NCBI GenBank assembly: GCA_963832745.1
Contig: CAWHVC010000002.1
Span: 256,001-320,000 of the forward strand
From: Candidatus Bathyarchaeota archaeon
GTDB lineage: Archaea > Thermoproteota > Bathyarchaeia > Bathyarchaeales > Bathycorpusculaceae
Reading direction: 5' to 3'
Length of the DNA stretch: 64,000 bases
Position 1 is the stretch's first letter, and each line of letters starts with the position of its first letter. A program made the position numbers and the translations under genes. Below are positions 49,827 to 60,320 of this stretch, piece by piece. The notes under the pieces were generated by a model. The model saw nothing but the letters and a program-made list of their open reading frames with translations. It searched no databases and was not told the origin of the DNA.

Positions 49827-51017
49827 GTGAGGAAAGAAGGGTTGAATGGAAAACCACTTGTCAGCATAATTAGCGCTGGAATGTCAAAGTTCCAAAAACA
49901 CGAAGGTTTACTTGCAAGAGAAATCTTCACCCAAGCAGTCCAAGAAGCTTTTACGCGTTGCCCGAAACTGGAGCCAAAACGCGACATCAAAACCATGTTC
50001 ATTGGACACATGGGTGAAGCCTACGAGCACCAAGGACACATGGGCTCAATTCTTGCAGACTGGACGGGCTTACTTGGAATCCCCGCTACCCGCTGTGAAG
50101 CAGCCTGTGGGTCATCAGGCGCCGCTTTACGAGCTGGCATCTACGCAGTTATGTCCGGACTCGCCGACGTCGCTATGGTTGGTGGAGTAGAAAAAATGAC
50201 TCACCGCACGACCGCCGAGGTCACTGAATATCTTGCAATGGCTTCGGATTACCCGTTTGAGCAGTACCACGGCATCACCTTCCCTGGGTTGTTTGCGTTA
50301 ATGGCAACACGTCACATGCATGATTACGGCACTAAAGAGGAACATTTCGCGATGGCAGCGGTTAAAAATCATTATCATGGAAGCCTTAACCCTAAAGCGC
50401 ACATGCAAAAAGAAATCACACTTGAAACGGTTATGAAGTCACGTTATGTTGCGTGGCCACTCAAACTTTATGACTGTTCAATAGTTACTGATGGTGCAAG
50501 CTGCGTAATCTTGACCAAGCCTGAACTTGCAACCAAATACACAGATAACCCCGTACACATTGTCGGCAGCGGACAAGCCAGCGACTCCATCGGGCTTTAT
50601 GAACGCAAAAGCTTCACATCCCTATGTTCAACCAAGACCGCCGCAAAAGCAGCCTACGACATGGCACAGTTAACCCCTCAAGACATAAACATCGCTGAAG
50701 TTCACGACTGCTTCACCAGCGCCGAACTAATGGCATACGAAGATTTAGGGTTCTGCAAACCAGGCGAAAGCGGCAAACTGCTGGAAAACAACGAAACTCG
50801 GCTTGGAGGGCGCATCCCAGTTAACACAAGTGGTGGCTTAAAAGCCAAAGGCCACCCCGTAGGTGCAACAGGCACTGCCCAAGCATACGAAATCTACCTG
50901 CAACTCACAGGTCAAGCTGAACGGCGGCAGGTTAAAGACGCTAAAATCGGGTTAACCCACAACGTTGGCGGTTCAGGTGCAACGGCGGCAGTTCATATTT
51001 ACAGGAGTGCACAATAA
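49827..51017 (+). CDS. Thiolase (archaeal/SCP2-like)
   Basis: EAACGSS, GGVEKM, DCS..TDGA, EVHDCF, GGL..KGHPVGATG, HNVGG. Confidence 0.92.
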   Translation: MRKEGLNGKPLVSIISAGMSKFQKHEGLLAREIFTQAVQEAFTRCPKLEPKRDIKTMFIGHMGEAYEHQGHMGSILADWTGLLGIPATRCEAACGSSGAALRAGIYAVMSGLADVAMVGGVEKMTHRTTAEVTEYLAMASDYPFEQYHGITFPGLFALMATRHMHDYGTKEEHFAMAAVKNHYHGSLNPKAHMQKEITLETVMKSRYVAWPLKLYDCSIVTDGASCVILTKPELATKYTDNPVHIVGSGQASDSIGLYERKSFTSLCSTKTAAKAAYDMAQLTPQDINIAEVHDCFTSAELMAYEDLGFCKPGESGKLLENNETRLGGRIPVNTSGGLKAKGHPVGATGTAQAYEIYLQLTGQAERRQVKDAKIGLTHNVGGSGATAAVHIYRSAQ

Positions 51018-51018
51018 A

Positions 51019-51417
51019 ATGAGTACACAAGAAACCTTCACTATTGGGCAATTCTACAAGTTCCTTTCACAAGGCAAACTTATGGCTGGTAAGTGCCTTA
51101 AATGTGGCAAAATCCATCTGCCACCACGCCCACTTTGCGACAACTGTTACGGCAGCGACTTTGAATGGCTGCAGGTTTCAGGCAAAGGCAAACTCTTAAC
51201 CTACACTGTAATTCACATAGCACCAACGGCATTTCAAAATTTGACACCCTATGCAATAGGTATCATCGAGTTGGAAGGTGGCTTAAAAATTCCCGGTATG
51301 ATACAGGCGATACCGCAGGAGCAGTTGAAAATCGGCATGACCCTAAACGTGGATTTCAGCACTTGCAGTACACCACAAAACTGGCCTCAATGGCCTAGAT
51401 ACTGCCTAAAACCCTAA
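51019..51417 (+). CDS. DUF35 zinc-ribbon/OB-fold thiolase partner
   Basis: CLKCG...LPPR..CDNC, GKL.TYTVIH, PY.IGI.EL. Confidence 0.9.
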   Translation: MSTQETFTIGQFYKFLSQGKLMAGKCLKCGKIHLPPRPLCDNCYGSDFEWLQVSGKGKLLTYTVIHIAPTAFQNLTPYAIGIIELEGGLKIPGMIQAIPQEQLKIGMTLNVDFSTCSTPQNWPQWPRYCLKP

Positions 51418-51509
51418 TTTTTCCTTCTTGCTCTTTTTTCTGTTAACTTGTTTCTTTTTTGAAAAGAGATTTATTTGATTCTATACAGTAGCTCAAGATA
51501 GGCCTTTAA

Positions 51510-52178
51510 ATGAACGAAAAATCTAAGGTATGTCTTGTTTCTTGTAGTGTCCTTAAGCCTGAACTTCAAGGGCTAGTTAAGGAAGGCAAACTTCCCGATA
51601 TCGACCTTGTTTTTGTAAGCAAAACCTTCCATGTTGACTACGGGCTCGTCGAGCAGAATGTGCGCAAGGTTTTGGAACACACTCTCAAGCGTTACCATGG
51701 TAGGGTTGTGCTTGTTTACGGAGACTTATGCATGGGGCAAGATAACGAGATGAAACGGCTCGCAGAAGAATATGGTGTAGTCAAGGTTGACGCTTTAAAC
51801 TGTATTGATTGCCAATTGGGCGGTAAGGGAAGTTCTGAAACTGCTGACCCAACGCATAGATTGATGTTTATGGGTCCTGGCATGATTGACTTCTTTAAAG
51901 ACATGAGATCGCAGCTTGCTAAGCAAGGCGTAGATGAGGCGGGTTTAAAGAAAATGTTCAGCGGTATTGAGGGCTTTGTGATTTTGGACACTGTTGATAA
52001 CGGTGAGGCGTGCAGGCGTGACCTTGAAAAGCTGGGTTTAGGCGTTAAGATTCTTGAAACACGTAAAATCGGTTCTGAGAACGTTCGGTTGGTGGTTTTG
52101 GAAGCTATGGAAAAATCAGGCAAAACAGAGGCATCTGCCAAAAACCGTGACCAACACTTAAACCTTAATATATACTAA
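51510..52178 (+). CDS. DUF1638-type protein
   Basis: SCSVL..EL, LVYGDLC, NCIDCQLGG. Confidence 0.7.
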   Translation: MNEKSKVCLVSCSVLKPELQGLVKEGKLPDIDLVFVSKTFHVDYGLVEQNVRKVLEHTLKRYHGRVVLVYGDLCMGQDNEMKRLAEEYGVVKVDALNCIDCQLGGKGSSETADPTHRLMFMGPGMIDFFKDMRSQLAKQGVDEAGLKKMFSGIEGFVILDTVDNGEACRRDLEKLGLGVKILETRKIGSENVRLVVLEAMEKSGKTEASAKNRDQHLNLNIY

Positions 52179-52428
52179 ACCTGCGTTTTTTCGTCCAAAA
52201 CAATTGCCCTATGTTGTCATTTTTGCGTTTTTTTATGACTTTTTCTCTGTTTTGTTCTATAAATTTGAAATTAAACAGCCAATATGGAATTTTTTAATCA
52301 AACCTTTAAAGTCCACGCAAGTGTTTGGATGGCGCAATAAGCCCCTTTTAGGTTTCCTGCTAAACCAGCTTAACCGTAAGTATTAAAGAAGTAAAAACAC
52401 AATAATCAAACAAAACGCTTGTTCAAGG

Positions 52429-55400
52429 GTGGACTCATTGGCACAACTAAACTCTTCTCCATCAATGCGCCGTGTTGAAGATTGGAAATCACGGTTAATC
52501 GATTTAACCCGCAGAAACAACCTGCTTTACTTCCACGCAACCAGACGCGGAAACCTTCCAATAAACAAACCCGACGCAGAAACCATATTCAAAGAGTTGG
52601 TTATAAAGAAAAAGCATCTCGAGTTCTGGATGCCGCCCGAAGAGGACGAAACTCAAACTGATGTGTCAATTAAATCTGTGCCTATTGAAGAACCCAAAAA
52701 GCCCGGACCAAACCAACTTGTCAATGAAAACCTCAAACGCATCGACCTTGAACGGGTCCTAAAAAATCTTCAAAGACGCTCACTGCTCGACTACCGTGAA
52801 CGTGGTGTAAGGATTCTTTACGCCGCTTTTGGTAGGCTGAACTGGGTGGACAGCGAAACCAAAGAAAACGTGCATTCCCCGCTGGTTTTGGTCCCGTTGG
52901 AGCTGGCAAGGGAAACAATCCGCAAACCTTTCGAGGTTTATTTGCCGCCAGTTGAAGACGAAGCCATTGTAAATCCTGCATTGCAGGTAAAGCTGAAGGC
53001 AGAGTTCAAAATTGATTTGCCTGTTGCCCCAGAAGATTGGGAAACAGAAACCCTTGCAGAGTACTTTACCGCTGTAGCTCAGGCAGTTGCCCAGATGGGT
53101 TGGACAGTTGAGTCCACGATAGATTTAGGTTTATTCTCCTTCCATAAACTTGTCATTTACAAGGATCTTGAGTCCAACGCTGACTTGGTTACCCAGCACC
53201 CAATTATCCGTGCAATTGTGGGCATTAAAGACGAAAAGCTTGTGCTTGACCAGCTTCCAGACGAAAAAGACGTTGATAAAATCCAGTTGCCCGAGAAAAC
53301 CTACGAAGTCCTAGATGCAGACAGCAGCCAACGCGTTAGCATAGAATACGCGCTCCGTGGTCAAAGCTTTGTCATGCAGGGACCACCTGGTACTGGAAAA
53401 AGTCAAACCATCGCAAATATTATTGCCGAATGCATAGCACATGGGAAAAGTGTGCTTTTTGTAAGTGATAAAATGGCTGCTCTTGAAGTTGTCTATAAAC
53501 GGCTTAGTGAGGTTGGGTTGGCTCATTTCTGTTTGGAACTTCACAGCAGCAAAGCTAACAAGCAAGAAGTTGTCGCTGAGCTTAAACGTAGTCTTGATGA
53601 GCATCTTGTGCCACGTAAGTTGCCTTCAGCGCACGAGTTTGAAACAATGAAAGCTTATCGTGACAACTTAAACGGTTACGTCGCAGCTTTGCATGAAAAG
53701 CGTCCGTACCTGCAAAAAAGTGCCTATGAAGCCCTTAGTATAATCGCCAGCCTTGAACGGGTTCCCTACGTTGCAGTTGGCTTAACAGGTTTAAACACTT
53801 TAACGCCTCAAAAAATAAGCGAACTCGAAGGATTAAGCTCTGAGTTAAGCAAGGTTTGGCACGTGGTTGAAGAATCAGATTTCCCATGGGCAGGCTACCG
53901 CGCCAGCATCTACAACCTTGAAGTGCGCTCCGAACTGTTAACCACTATTGAAGTCCTCGCACAAACCGTTGAAGACCTTCAACTGGAAAGCGCAAACTTT
54001 TCTGGGCGACTCGGATTAAGAACCCCTGCAAGCCTTGAACGCGTAAAATGGTTAATCAGCATCGGAAGACTGCTTTACGAAAGCCCTAAACCTGAAGCAC
54101 AATGGGTAACCAGCCCAAAAGTAGACACCCTGATAGCTGAAGCCAAAGGCTACAATGAAACTTGCCAATGGATAAAAACTACAAGAAAAAGTCTCCTTGA
54201 ACGCTATACTTCTTCACTGTTTGACCTCGCCTTTGACCGGTCACATGAGCTAAAGAAGAACTTGATTATTCTTGAAAAACTGTTTCCAGGCGTAGACTTG
54301 CAAGAAGCCGAATTCTTAGCTAAACAGGAGAAACTCTTAGCTTACATCCGAAGCACACAGCAAGCTGCTAAAAAATGGCGTGAAAACGCTCGGTCGCTTG
54401 CAGAAATTTGTGGTTTGCCAACTGAAAACTTGAACCTGCAGAATGCTCGGCAATTATCCAAGATGGCTTTGTTCTGCTTTACCGAAGACAAGCCGGAGCC
54501 GCAATGGTTTGATCCAGCTGTTTTCCAGCAAGTACAAAATATTGTTTCAAAAGCAAAAGACGCTTACCAGCAATATAATCTGATGCGGGAACGTTTAAGC
54601 AAATCTTATACTTCAGGCATTTACGAGTTGGACCTTGATGAACTTATAACCCGCTACAACGGCAGCTATCAAGGCTTTACAAGAATGCTTAGTCCAAGCT
54701 TTCGAGGTGATCAAAAACAGATTGCCAGAGTCAGTGTTGATGGAAGAGTTCCCAAAACGATTCTGGGTGACTTAATCGATGCTCGTAAAGTTAAAGCGCT
54801 TCATACAGAGATTGATGCTCAGGCGGAGGACGTCAAAAAACTGTTAGGCCGTTTCTACCAAGGATACAATACAGATTTTCTAAGTGTAGAAAAAGCCGTC
54901 AACATGCTGAATGAGCTTAAACAGGTTAAATGGGCAAACCCGCTTCCAGAAAGTTTGGTCAAACTTGTTACGAGCACTTCCAGTCCTTCACCTATGATTA
55001 AACATTTAGGCAGTGAACTGGACGATTCAATAGTTAAATGGGAACAACAAGCCAAAGAAATAGCTGAATTAATTCCCGAACGTTTGCCTTACTCGGATTT
55101 GCCGTTAAACCAGACTGCACTGTCACCGCTTGAAGAATGGGCAGCCGACGTTGAAAAACAACTTGCGCCATTAAACATACTGACAAAAGAAACTCTATCA
55201 ACCGCCAAAACATCACCGAAAAACTATAACCAACTTCTTGAAGACCTAGCTAACGCTGAAGAAGTTCGTAGAAAAGAGGCGGCAATAACCGGCGAGAAAT
55301 TCCAGCTCCAAATCAAGTACGGTTCTCGTTTCAATTTGCTTGAAACGAACTGGCTAGACATAATCTCCGTGTTGGAATGGGTAAAACGTGTTCAGGCAGC

Positions 55401-58044
55401 TTTCGGTGAAGTTGCAGTTCCAGAAACTTTTGCGTTAATTGCGGCTGCTGGGCCCTCTAAAGCGCCCTCTGATGCCAAGTTGGCTCGTTATTATGAAGAT
55501 ACTTTACAGTCAATATCTATTTTTGAAGCACGATTTGAAACTGAACTCAAATATCAAAATCAGAAACTCCGCAACTTAGACCTCTTGGTGATTTATGAGC
55601 GTCTCAAGGCTTTGCGTGAAAGAGTTGATGAACTGCAGGTTTGGATTGACTTCAAAGACCTTAGGAACCGTTTCTCTCTTCGTGGTTTAAGTGAATTCTT
55701 CCAACGGCTGGTTGAGCAGAAGACGCCATCTCGCCAGTTGATTGATGTTTTCCGTAGAGGCACTTATCAGGAATGGATAAACAATCTTTACAATGAAGAC
55801 CCCCGATTGGGCAGGTTCCGCAGGGAAAACCATGAACAATTAATAGTTGACTTTAAGAAGCTTGACAAAGAACTTATACATTTAACCTCAAGTATGGTTA
55901 TTGAAGCCGCAAACAGCCGCAAACCGCAAGACATCCTAATCCAAGCTAACGACTCCGAAGCAGCAATCCTCATGAAGGAAGCCGCCAAAAAACGCCGCTT
56001 AATGCCCATACGCACACTTCTACAGAAAATCCCACACCTGCTCGTCAAATTAAAACCGTGTTTGCTCATGAGTCCCATCAGCGTTAGCCAGTTCCTTTCG
56101 CCTGAAACAGCCCAGTTTGACCTTGTCCTGTTCGATGAGGCTTCTCAAATTGTTCCTGAAGACGCTATCGGCTCAATTTACCGAGGTAAAACACTCGTTG
56201 TCGCAGGAGATAACAAGCAGTTGCCGCCGACCAGTTTCTTCCAAAAATCCCTCATAGATAATCTTGACTGGGACCAAATAAACGATGAAGACTTTGAAGT
56301 TTTTGACAGCATACTTGATGAATGTCTTGGCATAGGTTTACCTGTCAAAACCTTAAGGTGGCACTACCGCAGTAAACATGAGGATTTAATCGCGTTCTCT
56401 AACCACCAGTTTTACGATGACACGCTCATTACTTTTCCAGCAGCAAAAGCCCGACATGACAGTTTAGGTGTTAAAATGGTTTATGTGCCAGACGGCATCT
56501 ACGATAGAGGCGCAAAACGGGACAACACGATAGAGGCTGAAAAAGTCGCAACTTTGGTCTTTGAACACTTCACTAATTACCCAAAGAAAACCCTTGGAGT
56601 CGTTACTTTTAGCATTGCTCAGATGGAAGCAATAGAAGAAGCAATCGACCGCCGCCTAAAAGAGCAACCACAGTTTGACCAATTCTTTAAAGAAGACCGT
56701 CTTGAAGGCTTCTTTGTTAAGAACCTTGAAAACGTTCAGGGTGACGAGCGTGATGTTATCTTCTTCAGTGTCGGTTACGGTTACGACCAAAACGGGCAAA
56801 TGGCTATGAATTTTGGTCCATTAAACAAGCCTGGAGGCGAACGCCGCTTAAATGTTGCTGTAACTCGTGCCCGTGAAAAAGTTGTTATTGTTACATCCAT
56901 TAAATCTGTGGATATTGACCCCGAAGCAAAAGCTCAAGGTGTCCAAACTCTACGCAGCTATCTGGAGTATGCTGAGAAAGGTCCTGAAATTCTTGATACG
57001 CCCCATCAGAAAGCTGGCACATACGAGTCACCGTTAGATGAAGATGTTGGTTCTGAAATTCAAAAGTTGGGTTATGAGGTTATTCCGCAGGTGGGTTGTA
57101 GCGGCTACAAGATTGACATTGGTGTTATTGACCCTGTTAACCCTGGTTCCTACTTGCTGGGTGTCGAATGTGATGGAGCAACATATAAGTCAAGTAACAG
57201 TGCCCGTGACCGTGACCGTCTCAGAGAACAAGTCCTCAAAGGCTTAGGCTGGCGAATTCACCGTGTTTGGTCTCCCTCTTGGGTTGCCCGTCGTGATTCT
57301 GAAGTTAAACGCTTAAAAGAAGCTCTTGAACAGGCACAGAAACTGCAACTGGACAAGGAAGTACTTATACCGTCTGTTGACGCAAAAGAGGACGGTCTTG
57401 TGGAAGCTGACGTGCGCAAAGTCAAGTTTGCTGGCATAGAAAAAATCGGTGTCCCCTACAAGATTTACCCATTAAAAGCAGCGTTTAGTCCATACATTAA
57501 AGTGCAGACAGAAAAAGCTACTCACACCTCAAAACAGAAAAACGAGTTCCATTACCCAGAAAACCGCGAAATCCAGACACGCCTTCTCGGCGAACTCATC
57601 GAAAAGGAAGGGCCCATCCATTTTGACTATGCTGTTGAACGCCTCTCTGATGCTTGGGGAATCAAACGTATAACACCAAAAATTAGCCATGCGGTACAAG
57701 AAGCCCTCAATGCCCTACTAAGAGACCAAAAAGTCGTAATCAAAGGCAGCTTCTTATGGCCACCACACCTGAAAGACGTGCAAATCCGCATACCAGTTGA
57801 CGGCATACCTGAAACCAAACGTAAACTTGAGCATATCCCGCCTGAAGAGGTGGAAGCTGCTATGAAGCTTATCGCTCAATATGCGCTTGGTATAAGTGAT
57901 GAATCTTTGGTGGCTGAAACCGCTAAAGTCTTCGGCTTAAACCATTCAACCGATAAGTCTAAAGAGTACTTCAATGAAATTCTAAAACGGCTCGTACGGG
58001 AAAGAAAATTAGCCATTAAAGATGGAGTTATAACTTTGGCTTAA
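52429..58044 (+). CDS. DUF4011-SF1 helicase-Vsr-like nuclease-DUF3320 protein (Hhe-like defence candidate)
   Basis: WKSRLIDLTRRNNLL, DADSSQ, QGPPGTGKSQTIAN, KPCLLMSP.SVS, FDEASQ, GDNKQLPP, LRWHYRS, ENVQGDERD, RRLNVAVTRAR, GVECDGATY...RDR.R..L..LGW. Confidence 0.9.
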   Translation: MDSLAQLNSSPSMRRVEDWKSRLIDLTRRNNLLYFHATRRGNLPINKPDAETIFKELVIKKKHLEFWMPPEEDETQTDVSIKSVPIEEPKKPGPNQLVNENLKRIDLERVLKNLQRRSLLDYRERGVRILYAAFGRLNWVDSETKENVHSPLVLVPLELARETIRKPFEVYLPPVEDEAIVNPALQVKLKAEFKIDLPVAPEDWETETLAEYFTAVAQAVAQMGWTVESTIDLGLFSFHKLVIYKDLESNADLVTQHPIIRAIVGIKDEKLVLDQLPDEKDVDKIQLPEKTYEVLDADSSQRVSIEYALRGQSFVMQGPPGTGKSQTIANIIAECIAHGKSVLFVSDKMAALEVVYKRLSEVGLAHFCLELHSSKANKQEVVAELKRSLDEHLVPRKLPSAHEFETMKAYRDNLNGYVAALHEKRPYLQKSAYEALSIIASLERVPYVAVGLTGLNTLTPQKISELEGLSSELSKVWHVVEESDFPWAGYRASIYNLEVRSELLTTIEVLAQTVEDLQLESANFSGRLGLRTPASLERVKWLISIGRLLYESPKPEAQWVTSPKVDTLIAEAKGYNETCQWIKTTRKSLLERYTSSLFDLAFDRSHELKKNLIILEKLFPGVDLQEAEFLAKQEKLLAYIRSTQQAAKKWRENARSLAEICGLPTENLNLQNARQLSKMALFCFTEDKPEPQWFDPAVFQQVQNIVSKAKDAYQQYNLMRERLSKSYTSGIYELDLDELITRYNGSYQGFTRMLSPSFRGDQKQIARVSVDGRVPKTILGDLIDARKVKALHTEIDAQAEDVKKLLGRFYQGYNTDFLSVEKAVNMLNELKQVKWANPLPESLVKLVTSTSSPSPMIKHLGSELDDSIVKWEQQAKEIAELIPERLPYSDLPLNQTALSPLEEWAADVEKQLAPLNILTKETLSTAKTSPKNYNQLLEDLANAEEVRRKEAAITGEKFQLQIKYGSRFNLLETNWLDIISVLEWVKRVQAAFGEVAVPETFALIAAAGPSKAPSDAKLARYYEDTLQSISIFEARFETELKYQNQKLRNLDLLVIYERLKALRERVDELQVWIDFKDLRNRFSLRGLSEFFQRLVEQKTPSRQLIDVFRRGTYQEWINNLYNEDPRLGRFRRENHEQLIVDFKKLDKELIHLTSSMVIEAANSRKPQDILIQANDSEAAILMKEAAKKRRLMPIRTLLQKIPHLLVKLKPCLLMSPISVSQFLSPETAQFDLVLFDEASQIVPEDAIGSIYRGKTLVVAGDNKQLPPTSFFQKSLIDNLDWDQINDEDFEVFDSILDECLGIGLPVKTLRWHYRSKHEDLIAFSNHQFYDDTLITFPAAKARHDSLGVKMVYVPDGIYDRGAKRDNTIEAEKVATLVFEHFTNYPKKTLGVVTFSIAQMEAIEEAIDRRLKEQPQFDQFFKEDRLEGFFVKNLENVQGDERDVIFFSVGYGYDQNGQMAMNFGPLNKPGGERRLNVAVTRAREKVVIVTSIKSVDIDPEAKAQGVQTLRSYLEYAEKGPEILDTPHQKAGTYESPLDEDVGSEIQKLGYEVIPQVGCSGYKIDIGVIDPVNPGSYLLGVECDGATYKSSNSARDRDRLREQVLKGLGWRIHRVWSPSWVARRDSEVKRLKEALEQAQKLQLDKEVLIPSVDAKEDGLVEADVRKVKFAGIEKIGVPYKIYPLKAAFSPYIKVQTEKATHTSKQKNEFHYPENREIQTRLLGELIEKEGPIHFDYAVERLSDAWGIKRITPKISHAVQEALNALLRDQKVVIKGSFLWPPHLKDVQIRIPVDGIPETKRKLEHIPPEEVEAAMKLIAQYALGISDESLVAETAKVFGLNHSTDKSKEYFNEILKRLVRERKLAIKDGVITLA

Positions 58045-58730
58045 TTTTCTTTTTCTTTATTTATTTTTTGTACAAGTAATGGTAAATCAGAAATTGCTGT
58101 TATGATATAGTTGGCTCCGTTGCGTGTTAACTGTTCCATTTTTGCAGTGCCTGTGGGGATGCCGATTGCGACTGCTTTGATTTCTTTGGCGCTTTGCATG
58201 TCAACAATGCTGTCACCAACAACCAATGTAGCTTTCGGATCTGTTTGTAATGCTTTTAGGACGGCTTCAAAATGTTCCGGGTTAGGTTTGACACGTTTAA
58301 CATTATCTCTTGGGACTACTGCGTCAAAGAAGCCTGCGATTTGGAACCTCTGTAAAATGTTGCTGGTAGCTTTTTGACTGTTTATCGTGCATAATCCTAG
58401 TCGTACATTCATCTGCTTCAACGTTTTCAATGCGTCATATGCACCGGGCATTAAGCTGGTGCAGGCTGCGGCTTCAACCTCAAACTTTTCAGCGATAGCT
58501 AACGCTTCTTTCTGGACGTCAATGAAGGCTTCCTCAGTTTTGGCTACATTTTTGAAGAAAATTTCTGCTTTCTGTAACATTTCGAATATGGTTTCGTTAG
58601 TTGACAGGACGGATGTTGGTATGCCTCTTGACCGTAGGTAGTTTCTTACCTCTACACGGAGAGTTTTGTAGTCAAGGTTAAAACTGGCTAATGTTCCGTC
58701 TAAATCAAATATGACTGCTTCAATGGTCAT
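58041..58730 (-). CDS. HAD hydrolase (phosphoglycolate phosphatase-like)
   Basis: FDLDGTL, KPNP, VGDS..D. Confidence 0.88.
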   Translation of the reverse strand: MTIEAVIFDLDGTLASFNLDYKTLRVEVRNYLRSRGIPTSVLSTNETIFEMLQKAEIFFKNVAKTEEAFIDVQKEALAIAEKFEVEAAACTSLMPGAYDALKTLKQMNVRLGLCTINSQKATSNILQRFQIAGFFDAVVPRDNVKRVKPNPEHFEAVLKALQTDPKATLVVGDSIVDMQSAKEIKAVAIGIPTGTAKMEQLTRNGANYIITAISDLPLLVQKINKEKEN

Positions 58731-58828
58731 AGCAATGAGGCTCCGTTGCTGGTTTTCCCGGTTTCGGATTAAGAGTTTCTTTAATGAAAATATACTTTGT
58801 GGTCTGTTACATGGAGCGTTATCTGTTA

Positions 58829-58917
58829 TTTTTCAACATATTACTGGCGAGAAAAAATGTCGTTGAAATCTACTCCCTATAGGTTTCTGCATACTGTTTC
58901 TAATAAAAACCAAATAG
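58829..58917 (-). repeat. Dispersed intergenic repeat, copy D
   Basis: Reverse complement reads CTATTTGGTTTTTATTAGAAACAGTATGCAGAAACCTATAGGGAGTAG...CGCCAGTAATATGTTGAAAAA. Confidence 0.8.
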
Positions 58918-58957
58918 GCAGCAAATAGGTTGGCTATGGGCTTCCTAATTGGCTCTC

Positions 58958-59935
58958 TTATTTTGTTACTACAACTTTTAGGGCTTTCTCGTCAGGATTA
59001 TCCACTGTTTGCAGTGCCTTTTCAAACTCGTCAAACTGGAACCTGTGCGTAATCAACCCTTTCACGTCTACTAACCGTCGTGCAATCAATTCTACAGCCG
59101 ACGGATACTCAACAGGCGAAATGTAAATCGTAAAAAACGATACCTCATCAGCATCCTCCAAATTCAAGAAACCCTTAGATTCGCCCACCAAAGCGACTTT
59201 GCCTGTTTTCTTAGCTAAAAACGGCGTCTGCTCTACAGACTGGGTGGTTCCGGCGGCTTCAATCACAAAATCTGAGCCTAACTTGGTAAGTTTGCGTACG
59301 GTTTTGATTACGTTGTCTTTTTTGGCGTTGATTACTGCATCTGCACCGTATTTTTGGCTGAACTCTAAGCGGTAATCCTCTAAATCAACTGCTATAACAC
59401 GGCAACCCTTCATTAAAGCTATTTGCGTCATTAACAAGCCGATTGCGCCTTGACCAAGAATTGTTACCCAATCGCCAAGGTTAGGCTTAAATTTGTTCAA
59501 AACCCTAAGTGCCAAAGCTACAGGTTCCACAACGGCGGCTTCCTCATCAGTCATTCCTGCAGGCACCGAAATTAGACTTCTGGGTAGCATGGCTTTGGAT
59601 TCTGCGAAGAAGCCGTTTCTTGTTAGGCCATAGAATTTGCCGTGAACGCAATAGGTGGGTTTTCCACGTAAGCAGAAGTAGCAGTGTCCACAGTTAACCA
59701 TGGGAACCATAACTACACGTTCACCATTGTCATCGCGAACTCCACAGGCATCGTGACCAATTATTGTGCCGTCCCGCATCCATTTCCACTCACCACGATA
59801 CAAATGCATGTCAGTGCCGCAGATGCTTCCAGCCTTAAAATGCACAAGCACACGTTTTCCTTTAGCTTCAGGTTCAGGAACATCCATGATTTTGATGTTG
59901 TGCGGTCCATTATAGACTGCTGCTTTCAAAAACAA
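58958..59935 (-). CDS. Zinc-dependent MDR dehydrogenase (threonine/sugar-alcohol dehydrogenase-like)
   Basis: ICGTD, GHD, CGHCYFC...C, GQGAIG. Confidence 0.9.
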   Translation of the reverse strand: MFLKAAVYNGPHNIKIMDVPEPEAKGKRVLVHFKAGSICGTDMHLYRGEWKWMRDGTIIGHDACGVRDDNGERVVMVPMVNCGHCYFCLRGKPTYCVHGKFYGLTRNGFFAESKAMLPRSLISVPAGMTDEEAAVVEPVALALRVLNKFKPNLGDWVTILGQGAIGLLMTQIALMKGCRVIAVDLEDYRLEFSQKYGADAVINAKKDNVIKTVRKLTKLGSDFVIEAAGTTQSVEQTPFLAKKTGKVALVGESKGFLNLEDADEVSFFTIYISPVEYPSAVELIARRLVDVKGLITHRFQFDEFEKALQTVDNPDEKALKVVVTK

Positions 59936-60014
59936 TTAACCTCAAAGAACTAGTTGGGTCAATAATGTGTATTAAGTTTGTTGTGTTTCAAGTTTTGCAG
60001 CAGCATATTAGAGG

Positions 60015-60248
60015 TTGATGGCTACGAATTTAGATGATTATAGTAAAGAGAAAATTTGGCAGTTACTTGTGGAAACAGCTCACGCTTCTGTAATGTATCC
60101 TACCCATAAAGCGTACACACGAGAAAAAGTGCTTCCTGAAAAGCCTGACGTTACGCCTGAAGAACTTGCGCAACGACTAAATATGCCGCTTGGCGAGGCA
60201 CTGGTGATTTTGGACGAATTATCGGCTGATCAGAAAGTTTCAACTTAA
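60015..60248 (+). CDS. Small hypothetical protein (HTH-like)
   Basis: VTPEELAQRLNMPLGEALVIL; ATG at 60018 follows GAGG. Confidence 0.65.
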   Translation: MMATNLDDYSKEKIWQLLVETAHASVMYPTHKAYTREKVLPEKPDVTPEELAQRLNMPLGEALVILDELSADQKVST

Positions 60249-60320
60249 AAACTGCATTTGTACTATTTTGAGATATATTTGGTTAACTTTATTTTTGGCG
60301 AGTGCTACCTTCTTAATGAA

